From Negaprion brevirostris (taxonomy: Eukaryota): a stretch of 64,000 bases of DNA. The stretch covers positions 96,093,650-96,157,649 of the forward strand of contig JARDVH010000193.1 of assembly GCA_030324005.1 (NCBI GenBank), written 5' to 3'. The notes beneath the pieces were generated by a model, which saw nothing but the letters and a program-made list of their open reading frames with translations, had not been told where the DNA came from and ran no database searches. Position numbers and translations under genes: made by a program. Numbering within the stretch: the first letter of the stretch is position 1; every line of letters begins with the position of its first letter. Below, in pieces: positions 14,078 through 27,296 of this stretch.

Positions 14078-15114
14078 TGTTATGACCAGATGAGAATGAG
14101 TGAATGGATCTCTTCTATTCCCACCCCTGATTTGACTGCACCAGGTTTTTCTTAAAGAATACACTTGCAATTCAGTGAGACTTTAACTGTTTATGTGCTG
14201 TGACTGTAAAAGGCACACTCAGACAGGTTTCCTGAAAGTTTTTAAAAGAGAACAGCATTTATTGTGTTTAATGCCCAATCTAAATGAAAATAATAAAAAT
14301 GCTCCAACTCCCGCAGTCAAGAGTTACGCACTCGCACTCGCACACACGGGTGTAAGTTAGAAAATGGGAGGATAGATTAAGTATTTCCAATAAAAGTCAT
14401 TAATATTAAGATCTTGTAGTCTGGCTTCTGGATGGAATGGTCTTTCTGCATTCTGAGTCAAGACAATTGAAAGATGTTGACAAATGATTTATTATATTTA
14501 AATATTTTCTTCTGGAGTTCAGCAGCTGTTGTGTTGGTTTTAAAAAATATCTGTAGTAGGTAGATGGTCACACAACAGGCAGGGCTCAAGCTTGCCACCT
14601 GGATGAAGAGAGAGAGAGCTAACTGACCAGTTGCCCAACCATGGTCATAGCAAGTTGATTCCACGTCCGTAATTTAGACATAATTAGATTATGGCTGGAA
14701 AAGTTCCCAGCTCAGCTAGGATATATTGTTTAAGGTGATTGCATTTGATGTCTTGTTCAATAGCCAGTTGAATCAATGTGTGATTGTATGAATATTTTAC
14801 AAATGCTTCAAGATGGGCCATTCACATTCCTCTGATGGATTCTTCTAGGGGAGCCTGGCTCTGTTACAATGGTTTTATAATTGGCAGCATACAGGAATGT
14901 TAATGTTCAGCCATTTTAAAGGCTGCTGGTTTAAGTCACAGAAGTACCATTGCTTGGTCTTTTAGAAGCTGATTGGTGGTTTCAGCCCAAAAAATCAGCA
15001 AATAGTCATTTTTGACGTAAAGCAATGCATAAAACAATAACCTTCAAAGGCTTTGCACATTTTGAATTCAGCCATGCAGGTTACATTTTGGTGGTGCAGT
15101 GCTGTAAAGTAACA
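14078..15114. mobile_element. Possible solo LTR
   Basis: Begins TGTTATGACC, with a possible end at GTAACA (15114); LTR-like length. No matching TSD found, so boundaries are tentative. Confidence 0.3.
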
Positions 15115-15581
15115 AAGAACCCCCATCGTTCATTTACACTGATGTGGTGGACACATGCTATCGAAACTATACCTGAGGAAGAGATGCCTATTTTCACCTT
15201 TAGAACTATGTCAGCTTCTCTTGTTTTGAGTACAGAATTAATCTTTTTTACTAGGAGGTTTCAAACAAAAAGGTCAGGTGTTTGATTACATTAATATTTT
15301 GTGACTGTAAACCCATCATTTAAAAATGACTATAATTAGTACATTACTGAAAAAACACTGAGCACCTATTTATCTGTTGACACAAGGTAAGCATTGCTGA
15401 GATCAACACTACTAGATTTCCCATCATTTGTACAACACAAATGGCAATGGAGCCAAAATGCAAGGAAGCTCACACCAGAAGACAAGATGAGACAAGTATT
15501 CTGCTCTCGTTCCAATTAAGGCCAATTCAGTTGGTAGGTAATTAAGCAGAATTCATGAGGGATCATAGACTTCTAGTCTAT

Positions 15582-15686
15582 TAGAAACATAGAAAAACTA
15601 CAGCACAAACAGGCCCTCCAGCCCACAAGTTGCACCAAACATGTCCCTACCTACTAGACTTGCCTATAACCCTCTATCTTACTAAG
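15582..15686 (-). mobile_element. CR1 3' tail fragment
   Basis: tagaaacatagaaaaactacagcacaaacaggccc...; similar to 33098-33213. Confidence 0.65.
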
Positions 15687-16319
15687 TATAGTTCTTCTAT
15701 GTTTCTATCGTACAAACATTATTAGAGAGAGACAACTAGTTATATAGATTCTGGAGCAGGTAAAGAGGCAGGTCCCAAGTCCACCTCAGTCTGAACTGGA
15801 ATTGAACCGTAGTGTAATTCTAAACCACACACTGGCCAGCTAAGCAGCGATTGGTTAGAAGCTCTTTAAGAGTTTGTCACGGTTGGAATTTTATATTCTG
15901 ATGGCGGAGGGGTTATTATGCCTTCAGAAACTGACCATCTGAAGTGAAATGGGTGATGAGTGGAGAACCAGTCATGGCTGCACAAGGGCATCACCCCAGC
16001 CTCAAAGTCCATAGGGCAAAACTGGCATTGCACAGGTGGCAGTGGATACTCAGTGCCTGTGCTTTAGAGGAGTTTGAGAATACCCTGGCATCATAGGGGC
16101 AGAAGAGCTGAAGACAAGGCTGCCGAGGACAACGAGGCAGCCAACTGTATAGAACAAAGACTCCAGCTGGCAATGAGGCACAACTGTCGGACTTTGGGCT
16201 GCTTGGCAATGACGAGCAACACCCTCCACAGGAACCCCAGGCATTGTGTGGGCACAGAAGATAGAGGGCCAGAAAGTCAAGGGAAGCTAAACCTTCAGTT
16301 CACTTCAACTGCCAAAGGT

Positions 16320-16940
16320 GAAGTTACCTGGAGATAACAAAGAACCAGTAGAGTGAGAGACAGCGTCTCTCCAGGTATGGTCACAGACATCCGTGACCTC
16401 ATTTCAGAGGACCTCACAGTTCATAGCAAGGTCACCATGCCAATAACCAATGTCACCGTGGCTTTGAACCTCTTTACTCCTGGCTGCAAGCATCAGCCAC
16501 AGATCTTAGCCATTTTCAAGATGCTACTATGTTCCACTGCATCTTGCTGGTCACTTGATGCCCTCAGATCCACCAATGGGCAGAGATTCCACTCTTCCAA
16601 TGCTCTACTGGTCTAAGGCCACAAGTCCTGCCTCCATGTTAGTGCTACCATTCTTGGCAACTACCATGACTCTTTTCATCCACCACCAGTCCAGACTGCC
16701 TCAGACCTTCACTCCAACACCCAAAATGCTCGTATGGATCCAATGGAATTAATGATATCCCTTGAAGCAAATGCTACTTTCCCCTCTGTGGAAACCACTG
16801 AATCACAGATGCAATGCAGCCACTGCCAGCTGCTCACTAGGGCTGAGAAGATTATTGGACGTCTGAAGCTGTAGTTCTAGTGCATGAGCCAGACCATTAG
16901 TGCCCTCCCCAACACTCTTCTGCAAGTGTCTTGTATGGAG
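16320..16940 (+). mobile_element. PIF/Harbinger transposase fossil
   Basis: VTDIRDLISEDL...MPITNVTVALNLFTPG and TRAEKIIGRLKL*F*CM resemble the HARBI1-like motifs V.VALNF.ASG and TR..IE..IG.LK.RFRCL; contains stops and deletions. Confidence 0.7.
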
Positions 16941-18157
16941 TCTAAATAAGTCCCACTCTTCATTTGACCCACGTTTGTATCCACCCCTACTGCCTCTAAG
17001 GAGCAGGCCTGTCCAAAAGAGGCTTTCTTACAATCTTACTCACAGCACTATTTCTTAGCAGGTAATCAACCCCCTTGTTCTTTTCTAGCTTGCTATCCTG
17101 CTATCTTGGTCATTTTCGTGCATGCTGGATGTCATCATTCTGCAGGGGCAGATGGAAAATTGCAACTCCCATGGCAGCACAATCAAATTGAAGCACAGCT
17201 CCTTGGAGTCTCCAGTGCCGAGGCAAAGTATCCAATGTAAACCATTGTAATGGCTGGGATAGTCCATACTGGCAGTGGGGCACTGAGAGATATGGTTGGA
17301 GGCATTTCTACCTGAACAAATTTATGGATGATTCATCACACTTCCTTTCACTACCACACCATCTCCTAAGTTGTATTTTATTTATGTCCAACATTTTGTA
17401 GTTTAATAAATGCTCAAATAAAACTCTACCAGTGCAAAATGTTTTAACTCGGATCAACGTACAGAAAGTAGGTGAGCAGTTTGTCACACTTCTAGCTCAA
17501 ATAGTGACTTTCAAAAGATGAATGAGGGATTTAATTGCTTTGATTCCTTGTGTTAATTATCTTGGTTTGGAACTTTTTACTCTTGATTTGTCAACATCTA
17601 GACAGTTAGATATTTTACTGGTTTTTCAAGATGAGTTACTTCTTGAGCCAGTCACAATTTCTTTTACTCTATGGACGTGAAGCTTTGAGGTGTGACTTTG
17701 GAGCTGCAATGCCCCAAGGTCACACTTTCAAGTATGATGCCTTTAAAAAGGTGTGAAATGACAGATTCAGGTTTTTTTTCTCATTATCTGATAGCAAGTG
17801 ACCACCTTAATGATAATGAGATTTTCACAGCGGTTTTTGCTTTATCCCAGTTCAATTCTTCTGACGTTTCTGTTGCTTGCAGGGCTGATGATGAAAACAC
17901 GGAACCGAAGGGTTTAGGGAAAACACTGATAGAATATCAAACTCTTCTAACATTGAAGAAGTTGTTCCATCAGACATCAGGGGCAGAATTTATCATAGGC
18001 AACAGGGGTATCCTGCTGGCTGGAGCACCAACAGGAGCTCTGTTTGGAATGTTCATCAGAATTAAATCACCAACTTTTGTAGCAGAAGGTAATTCGATGA
18101 GGAAGCCTTAAATCTCAACGGTAATTTATTGAACAATACTTACAACTATACATAGAG

Positions 18158-18348
18158 GTAAAAGTAAAATTGACATTGTCCCAGATGACCGTAGGCTGCT
18201 CTACCTCTTGAGCTGACTGTCGGTGATTTAACTAGAAGACTATCACACCTCAGGCAAGGGGTCTTCATGGATAACTTCAGCCCGTATGGACCTACGCTGT
18301 TGGCAATACTTGCATCACGACCCAGCTGTCCAGCCAACCGAGCTGACT
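18158..18348 (-). mobile_element. tRNA-derived SINE distinct from HE1
   Basis: Minus-strand head tcagctcggttggctggacagctgg and tail gcagcctacggtcatctgggacaatgtcaattttac; a related older fragment lies near 15720-15845. Confidence 0.55.
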
Positions 18349-19073
18349 CCCTGAATATACAGACAAGCTCGGCATCAGTACAGATCTAGTTCCACCAACT
18401 CCCAGGCTCACATTGCAGGTTCCACCGACCCGGACCGGTGCCCTAACACCTGATAGGCTGAGATTCACGTGCACTGTTCCGATAGGCCCTGGAACGACCA
18501 TATGACTCTGTCGATTGCCCCTTAAAAGGGGCCACATTATCACACCACCCATTTAATAACTCAGTATTAGGCCATCCCAGGACCCTTGTGATGAGATCCC
18601 ACCACCAAGACCCGCTGGCCAGAGGGTGGCAACTCTCCATTGCAGAGTCACCAGGAAAGTGAGACCACCAAGCCACAGGAGAGAGAGAGAGAGATGAAGA
18701 TCAGAGTTGGTGACTTGGTTAGAGAAGGTTTTTGGAAGAAAGGGCAGCTCTATATTAGCCCCTGCCTTCCTGCTGTGGGGTCCTTGATCAGGCACTAAGT
18801 GCATAAGGGGGCTCCCCATGCCCCATCTCCACCTGTGAGCCTGTAAGCAAGCCTGACAGGGTTTTGGGCTCCTTGGCTGACTTGTTTGAATGCCAACAGC
18901 AGGATGAAGCAGTTAAACTAGCATTAATTGAATCTGAGTTAGCATCTATGCAGAAAGACCATTCACAAGCCTTGTTGCCCAGGTTTTATCAGGCAGAGAT
19001 GGGAAGACGAGGCAGTCCTTGCCTGGCACTTCCACCTGATTAAATGCCCCCCTGCATCGGCTGGTGTAGCAGG

Positions 19074-19097
19074 TGTGTGTGTGTGTGTGTGTGTGTG
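19074..19097. repeat. (TG)n microsatellite
   Basis: About 12 TG units seen directly. Confidence 0.95.
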
Positions 19098-20112
19098 TAC
19101 GCACGCACACGGGGTTGGGGGGGGGGAATTAATTCCACCAATTAAATTGCACAAGCACAGAACAGGTTATTTGACTAAAGCAAGCATTTAAATACTCGCA
19201 ACATTTTTTTTTAAAAACTGGTGACGGCCGTGGGGGGTGTGGGGGTGGCGAAATTGGCATAAGAAGAAAAATTGGGCAATTAGGGTGGAAAATATTCTGC
19301 AGCCTAACCAGAAGCTGGAATACAGAAATTTCTTTGTGTGCGTGGGTGTTTTTTTTAAAAAAAAAATTCATTCTGAAAAATAATTTATTTTCATTTTGAA
19401 ATGCTGCCTTAATTCTCTGAAGTGAATCGTACACACAGTTAATTACATATCACAGTTGCTGGAAAACATTGTTTGTCTGAAAGCAGCAGTGCAGACAGGC
19501 AGGCCATAGACTGTGCAAAATTCTTTATGACCTTGTATTTTATTAGCGGTGTTTGTTTTACATTTCAATTTTCAGGCTGTTTTGCGATGAATTATTTCAT
19601 AGGTGACAGCAGTCGATTGAAGAAAAACTATACCAGTTTAGGCCTCCAGCACAGCTCATGCTGTAGACACTGATATCTTGGCACCTTTTTAGATATTTTC
19701 GATGGCTGAAACAAGACATAAAAAAGGAGAATTTTTCAAGTGACAGAACACATTTAATAAAAAAGTGACAGGTATCTTGTTAGATATCAGGAGAAACATG
19801 GATGACTTCACCACACCGAATTATTGGATTGGAGATGGACAAGCCAAAACAGTTGGCTTATATGAAAGAGAATTGGAATAATAACAGCTGAAAACTTATT
19901 GATCATTTAACTTGAAGCAAAAATATTGGAACCTATTAACTGTAGTAAGTATGAAACAGCATTCAATTCTTTGTCACAATCAGAAAACTGGAAAATTGTC
20001 TATTTGGGGTTGAAAATACATTTTGTTCTGGTTGTTAAAGACAATCTGGCACCATACATGAAGTTTTGACTTGGGATAATAAGACGAGTTTAGCCTTGGA
20101 CATTTCTAGGAG

Positions 20113-20540
20113 TAGAGCCATAGAGGTTTACAGCATGGAAACAGGCCCTTCGGTCCAACTTGTCCATGCTGCCCTTTTTTTTAAAACTGCTAAGCTAATC
20201 TTAATAGCCCGCACTTGGCCAATATCCCTCTNNNNNNNNNNNNNNNNNNNNNNNNNNNNNNNNNNNNNNNNNNNNNNNNNNNNNNNNNNNNNNNNNNNNN
20301 NNNNNNNNNNNNNNNNNNNNNNNNNNNNNNNNNNNNNNNNNNNNNNNNNNNNNNGTATCTCTCCCCTCTCACTTTAAACCTATGCCCTCTAGTTTTAGAC
20401 TCCCCTACCTTTGGGAAAAGATATTGACTATCTATCTGATCTGTGCCCCTCAATTTTATAGACGTCTATAAGATCACCCCTCAGCCTCCTACATTTCAGA
20501 GAAAAAAGTCCCAATCTATCTAGCCTCTGCTTATAACTCA
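20113..20540 (-). mobile_element. CR1 LINE 3' end spanning an N gap
   Basis: Minus strand DQIDSQYLFPKVGESKTRGHRFKVRGERY plus tail ggaccgaagggcctgtttccatgctgta. Confidence 0.88.
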
Positions 20541-20666
20541 TAGTACTGTTTTTTTTTTTAATTGCCAAGAATTGTTCTTCTATGGGGGGAACACCACTGT
20601 GAAGATAGTTTGGGTAACAACAGGAGATTCAAACACCTAGGTCCGATTTCTCGCAAGGACGGAGAG

Positions 20667-20900
20667 GGGCAGCATAATGGCACAACAGTTAACACTGCTG
20701 TCTCACAGCTCCAGGGACCTGGATTTAATTCCAGCCTTGGGTGACTGTTTGTGTGGAGTTTGCATATTCTGTCCATGTCTGCACAGATTTCCTCCAGATG
20801 CTCCAGTTTCCTCCCACAGTCCCAAGGTGTGTAGGTTAGATGGATTACCATGGAAAGCGTGTAAGGTTGCGGGGAAAGGGCACGGGAGAGGGCCTTGTCA
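20667..20900 (+). mobile_element. HE1-type V-SINE, 3' decayed
   Basis: Head and V-domain tttcctccagatgctccagtttcctcccacagtcc. Confidence 0.85.
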
Positions 20901-23310
20901 GTGGTCTCTTGTGCACAGTAGGGAAACTATAGATCTCCAGCTTAGCAAACTGACACAGAGCCCTGATTCTGGAAGTCCTACCTCACATCCTGGAACCCAC
21001 AATGGGAGTGGGTTCACATGAAGTGCAACTGCCTTTAAAAAGCTACAATTTTCATCACTCAGGTGTCTGAAAAATGAATAGTGGACTTAATATTTTTCAG
21101 GGAAAGATCTAAAGTTACTCGAGTTCTCCAGAGAGTTAGGTACCTTTAAGAGAGGTAGGGGGCCCTTTTGGATTGATCCAGAAACTTCTTTGGAAGATGT
21201 CAGGTGCCTTTTGAGATTGTTAGAAATAGACATTAATGTTCATTAAAGTGAATAAACTCACTGGAAATGTCAAGCTTTCAAGGCATTCAAATCATCTGCT
21301 CGTTAAATTAAAACAAGATGACTGCTAGCTATTCACTATCATTATAGGATTTGTGTGAAATGACTGATTTCATGACTTATCAATATCACAGTGGGATACC
21401 TTTTGGTTCACAGTTTGATTAACAGGGTTGATGAGCCTTTGAATTTGTAGTTAAAAATAAAATGATTATTTTTATAAGGGATTAAATACATTAATGAAGT
21501 GTTTCCTTTTAAAAGGGATTAAGCAGTGAAAGAAATTTGAGTGTTTCTTTAAATATTGAAATCATCAATAAACACTTCAAACTTTATTTTATTTCATCTC
21601 ATGAGGTCTGCCTGTGGTGGGTGCAGGGCGAGTTAGCATGGAGGGAGGAAGGATAAGTGGTGGTGAGTGAAGCGGCATAGGTTGGCAAAGGAGGTGGGTG
21701 GAGGAGCATTGGGATTGGGTAGAGGGCATAGGTTGGCATGGAAGGTATGATGGACCATGGAGGAAAACAGTGTGGCGAGGGGAGTGTGAGAGTTGGGGGA
21801 GGGGTTGCTGGTGGTTTGTATGGGTATGAGGGGCAAGGGATAAAGAGATTTTTTTTGTTGTCTTTTGCAAACAAACCTCCCGAACCACCGAGGCTGACCT
21901 TTTTAGACTTTTTTGCCCGTTGGTGCTCAGTAGTCATTGTGGCTATACTCTCATCTGTTTCTGGGGAGAGTGGGCCCATCTCCTGTTAACACAACCCCTC
22001 CCCAGAACAAAAATAAGAACATCCAAGGTACTTTCTCCCAAGCCAATTTTTCAGAGTCACTATGCTCCCAACTCAGGAGCAGTCTTCTGCTCCTGAGACA
22101 AGCGATCAATTACTTGAACGAATGGGGNNNNNNNNNNCGAATGGGGTATGGAAAGATATTATCATAGAATTTACAGAAAGGTATTGCAATATTGTAGAAC
22201 CCATAAAAACATGTATTCCATGTGCTGTGAGGAGCAGAAGATGTCTACTTCTGTAAAACGGTTTCTTATGCTGATTGAACTCCATTTTATGAACCATTAC
22301 AATTTGTGTCACTCTCAGTTTCTATATATGGCTCCAACCTCCGACTTGTGCCTTCAGATTTTTCCTCACTGATTGGATAGCATGCAGAGGTGAATGGCAG
22401 GAATCTATAAATTGGCATTGCTATAATGAGCCTGTGACTCAAAAAGTATGAAGATCTTCCGCACTGATAATGTTAGGAATGCCATATTTGAGGATTAATT
22501 TTCACAGAGCAAAGAATGCTTTTCCACATATAAATACGAATTAAAGATGTAATTATGGGAAATAATGTATTGTGTCATTGCTATCTGACTGGCAAGAAGT
22601 TTCAGGAAATTACAATATAGGCAATGTCCATATCAGTTCATGCTATACAAGAAGGCACCATATTAGTTTCTTAGGAACTGTGTCTCCAACCAACTGTTGC
22701 ATTGAGAAATGATATATTTCTAAAGCCAGGCATCTAACCTGTGAAGTTTTTTTTGCACAATGCCATTTTATTATTTATTCGGCTAATAAAAATACAAATT
22801 CAATTACAGATTCTGAGTTTTGACTGATAATTATTTATTGTACTGTTGTATCTTTGACAGCACAACCCTGTGTTCACTCTCAATAACTCCTTTACCCATG
22901 CAGTCAACTCATCAGCTGTAAGATGCAATCTTTTCCAAGGGGGAAAAGCACATCTTGTGTATACAATAATAAAAAACAACAGATGGTCAGTACACAGTGC
23001 AATTACTTTGGGTTTATATGTGTACACAGCATGGCCTTGATTGAACTCAGAACCACATGCAAGTCTGTGTGTCATTCTGTCATTTATAGGAGTTTGTACA
23101 TAATCAATGAATTGAGGAATGCAAGGTACACAAGGATGATTTCAACTTCTTGATCTCTTCTGTGCCATAAGTAAATCTACCATATCTTAGCTTGCTCAAT
23201 CCATGAATACATGCTGCTCAACATAAATTGCATGCACTAGAATTTTACTGGTGTATGTTCTGAATATTCTATATATTTTCACTTAACGGTTCCATTTTTA
23301 CACTATATAG

Positions 23311-23456
23311 ATGAGACTCAGCTCATGATGCCCACCATCAGAACAAGCATCGAGAAGTTCCACATGGCTGGACAAGCCTTGCCGCCTGGGTTTCCAGCAC
23401 CATTTTTATTTGCTGATGGACTGTCCTCAATAGAAACACTTCTAACCAATATTCAG
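23311..23456 (+). CDS. DACH2: Dachshund homolog (DACH2-like) internal coding exon, start of DD2/DachBox-C: (D)ETQLMMPTIRTSIEKFHMAGQALPPGFPAPFLFADGLSSIETLLTNIQ
   Basis: Acceptor cactatatAG ends at 23310; donor CAG|GTAAAC at 23457; 146 nt, phase 1 to 0. FLFADGLSSIETLLTNIQ is the Dachshund DD2 hallmark; GQALP..F..FLFAD resembles DACH2 more than DACH1. Confidence 0.95.
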
Positions 23457-23879
23457 GTAAACTCTAAACAGCATGAAAAAGTTAGCAATAGAACAGGGAA
23501 GAGTTCTGTTTGATGTTCACTGTGATTTGATAGCTTACTAACCCTATCAAGTGCCCATCGATCCTAGTGCTTGTAATTTATGGAAGAGCATCAGATGCTG
23601 CAGTGGCCAAAGGAAGGGACAGATAAAGTATAAATTTAAAATGACTCATTATAAAAGAGAAAGGTTCCTTGTATTTGTAATGTAATAGCATTACAGCAAA
23701 CACCAGGAAGCAGCAGAAGTAACAACATGACTTTATATAGTCACTTTAAATGTAGAAAAATAGCCCACAATGCAAAAAGAAAATGGACACCAACCAAAGG
23801 TCTTATGTCAGCTTACCCAAACAGCTGGATTTTGAGGAGGAGAGGGATAAAGTGCGTTATTTAAAGGAGGCAACAGGAG

Positions 23880-24466
23880 TCTCCCTTGCAGGTGACAGAG
23901 TCAGTGACAGCCTCATGTCAGCGCTTTTCAGGAAGCTCATTAAATGGCTGCCAGGCACTTAACTGGATAGTGACAGTGCCTCCCTGGAATCAACAATCCT
24001 GGGGGCAGAAATACCTTTCATCAAGAACTACCAACCACTGTAGAGGCAGTGGCTGCTGCCAGTACTGCACCCCCAAAGCCCATGATTGCCAGTAGACCTA
24101 GGCACAGGTAAGTGAAAGCAAAGGGGTGGGAGATCACAGATGGTAGGCAGCAAGCAAGAGGGACAGCTGTCATGGGATTGCCTCTCAACGTCAAGTCCCA
24201 TAATCAGGTGCTGAAGGATCACAGATGCCCATGAGCATCTCAGAGTTTTCAGGTTTTAAACCCAACGAGCCACCCCCACCCGCCATTAGGTGAATACCAG
24301 TAGCAGTGGGACGAGGCCCTAAACTTGGGCATATGGACCTTGCCACCAAGTACTTGAAAGTGGTGGACATGGAAAGGCAAAGGAATGCCCATCCGCCATT
24401 CTCTCACCCAATCAAATGCTCCTCACCATCAAACTTGCCACAGGGAAGGGCATTAAATTCCACCCA
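23880..24466. mobile_element. Degenerate non-autonomous TIR element
   Basis: GC-richer block ending taaattccaccc, similar to the MITE termini elsewhere in the window; flanked by L2-like remnants. Confidence 0.4.
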
Positions 24467-25899
24467 TAGAGCATGAATTAAGGAGCGAAGTTCAGAACAT
24501 TGAACCTGGTGGATGAAAGCATACCAACCAACGATGAGATGAAAGGCAGGGAGTAAACAAAAGTCCAGAATCAAAACAGGGAAGGAGAAAAGCTCTGTAG
24601 CAAGTTACAATGATAGGGAGGGGCTTTCAGAGTGATAATTGGGCTCAACAAGTTCTCATTAAAAATTGATGTGATCAAAGTCTCTCTCGGGACCTTTATT
24701 TAGAAACAAATAGACTAAGGTCTGGTAAAAAGAAAGATAACAAGAGTTTGACTTAATGGGATCACCCATTTAGGAGCAGCAAATCGTTCTGGCTAAAAGG
24801 AATTCTCTATAGCAGACTGGCCCATAATCATGTCCCAGATTATTATAAATTACTATCCTTTAGAGATTGCATTTAGTTTAACAGGCTTCCGACCCCTTTC
24901 CACAATGCAATACCGATGAGCAATCCGCTGGGATCTTACTTTAGTAACACAACAGGCATGAATATAATCCCTTCCTCCCACCAAAGGAGGCAGACCTAAT
25001 CACTGAAAGCAGTGATGCAATAAATATGGAAAATTGTAGTTAATAATGATTAATTATATCATTAACCATTCAACATCTCATGTGTTGCATAATAAATAAC
25101 ATTGACATGAGCCTAGTCTAATGAAACACTATTCTATTGATTTTAAATTATAAAATACATTTGGATAATGTTTGCAAATTCCAGCCTATTTAAAGGTGAA
25201 GAATCCAATTTAAATATGCTATAAAGAAAGTGTCCATTTCCAAGGTTGGCATGTCCAATATGTTGTTTCCTTTGATTAAATCGCAGATTTTTTTTTTAAG
25301 AACTTGTTTCTCTAATTTCAATACATGCCTTAAGTTTATTACCCCAACAGCTCAATGCTCAAGTTCACCAATGCAGTCGTCAACATCTTCCCCACCAGCT
25401 ACAACGTACTCAGAGTCCCTTAGCCCACATTTTCCCCTATACAAGGTCCATGCAGACATTTTTCCCCTTTTAGGAAAACTAATCAACTTAGAAATCCTTT
25501 CCTTCACGTGAAATGATTTACAACCCCATCAGAGCTATCATTTCCAGCTGCGTATCAGTAAGTCCTCTTGACTTATCTGAGCTGGGCTACTCTCTAGTTA
25601 CGCCCTCTCGTCCACAAATGGTGCCTGTTCTGATACTAACTGCTAACTCACCAAATTTGTGTTTTTGCCATTCCTCTTCTTAATTCCAAGTAAAAACTTC
25701 ACCCTCCCACCCACCTATGACTAGTCTAGCTTTTCTTGTTCCATCTTTTTCTTCTACTCCATAAAACATGAAAATATTCTTCTTTACACAAGGGTCATTA
25801 ACTTGTTGAATTTTACACACTTTTTGAAAAGATAGAAGACTNNNNNNNNNNNNNNNNNNNNNNNNNNNNNNNNNNNNNNNNNNNNNNNNNNNNNNNNNN

Positions 25900-26145
25900 C
25901 TAGATTTGATTACTGGCTTGTGTCACTGTCTGCGCGGAATCAGCACGTTCTCCCCGTGTCTGCATGGGTTTCCTCCGGAGCTCCAGTTTTGTCACACAGT
26001 CTGAAAAACATGCTGGTTAGGTGCATTGGCCATGATAAATCCTCCCTCAGTGCACCGAGCAGGTGCCGGAGTGCGGCAACGAGGGGATTTTCACAGTAAC
26101 TTCATTGCAGTGTTAATGTAAGACACTAACAAACTTAAACTAAAC
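25900..26145 (+). mobile_element. HE1-type V-SINE with alternative tail (5' end in gap)
   Basis: V-domain followed by ggggattttcacagtaacttcattgcagtgttaatgtaag. Confidence 0.88.
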
Positions 26146-26704
26146 AGACACTTTAAATTTCTGTATCATTGCACATGTTTTCTGTATAATTTCTCAGCAG
26201 CTCAGTTCTGAATTCTTTAAATAAACCCTTTAAAATGTCGCAGAATTATTCTTCAAAGAATGCATAATGGCATGGAGTGAATTGCGTTTCTGTATTGTGT
26301 CATGTGGAAGAGAATAAGTTCAGAAGTCAACTTGAATATTCAATTATTTCTCATTCTGTGCATTAGGATCTTTCACAAATAATTCAACTGGAATCCAGTA
26401 AAAGATAACCTGACTGTCACAAGACATTTTCTTATCTGATTTGAAACTTTATCATGATTCTGGACCAAACAGGATTCTCTGTTCCTATTTGGGAAAGTGT
26501 ACCAGACCAGTGCGCGATTACTATTTTCCCCAAAGAAAGTTGCCCAATCTTTCATAAATGCCACAATTCCTATTTGCTATAATTATAGTGATCTGTTCTT
26601 GGCCTGAGTTACAAAAATGTTTTCCCCCAAATGTCAGCCTTCAATGATACAGAGCCTTTGAAAATTGGCTTATTCTCCTAGAAGACCGATAATCCAAAGC
26701 ATTT

Positions 26705-26990
26705 GGGCAGGATGGTGGCACAGTGGTTAGCACTGCTGTCTCACAATGCACGGAACCCGTGTTCGATTCTGGCCTTGGATCACTGTCTGTGTGGAGTTTG
26801 TACATTCTCCCTGTCTCTGCATGGGTTTCCACCCACAGTCCAAAAATGTGCAGGTTAGGTTGATTGGCTATGCTAAATTGACTCTAGTGTCAGAGGGATT
26901 AGCAGGATAAATATGTGGGGTTACGGGAATAGGGCCAGGATGGGATTGTTGTCGAAACAGACTCTTTCTCCACTGTAGGGTTGCTATGAT
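26705..26990 (+). mobile_element. HE1-type V-SINE, CR1-like tail
   Basis: gggcaggatggtggcacagtggttagcactgctg head, gttcgattc B box, and gggattagcagg...cactgtaggg tail. Confidence 0.9.
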
Positions 26991-27296
26991 GTTAGTTTGC
27001 ATCTGTTAAGAATGGAAATGAGATCATATTTATTTAAATCGGTTTATCTGATTAGAGAAAGACATTGAGAAGAAAAGTTTACCATCAAAAGTGGGATCTC
27101 AAAAAGCTTTGTTGTTTCAATTCGGGTAATGAACAGTGCCACACTTAAGATGGGATTAGTAATAGCAAGAGACAGAGTGTGATGCGGTACAAAAATGTAG
27201 AAAAAAATATTTTGCTCCTGGACTTGTATTGAGGATCTCTACTGTATTACTGAAGTTTAGTTGCTCTTACTTCAACACAGTTCTGTAATTGTACAG

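Noticed and set aside
17692-18111. 139 aa ORF with a good acceptor at 17882 and TGATGA...CTGA motifs
   Set aside because: The phase 1 frame stops after about 11 codons, there is no recognisable homology, and the C/D spacing is too short with no terminal stem for a snoRNA.
2171-22790. 12 nt inverted match (tttattagccga / tcggctaataaa) suggesting long-range pairing
   Set aside because: Many 12-mer inverted matches are expected by chance in 64 kb.
27261-27296. Upstream CAG at 27280 as an alternative acceptor, and the ORF-track N-terminal extension
   Set aside because: It is 16 nt upstream and would frameshift; homology begins at GLLKVA.
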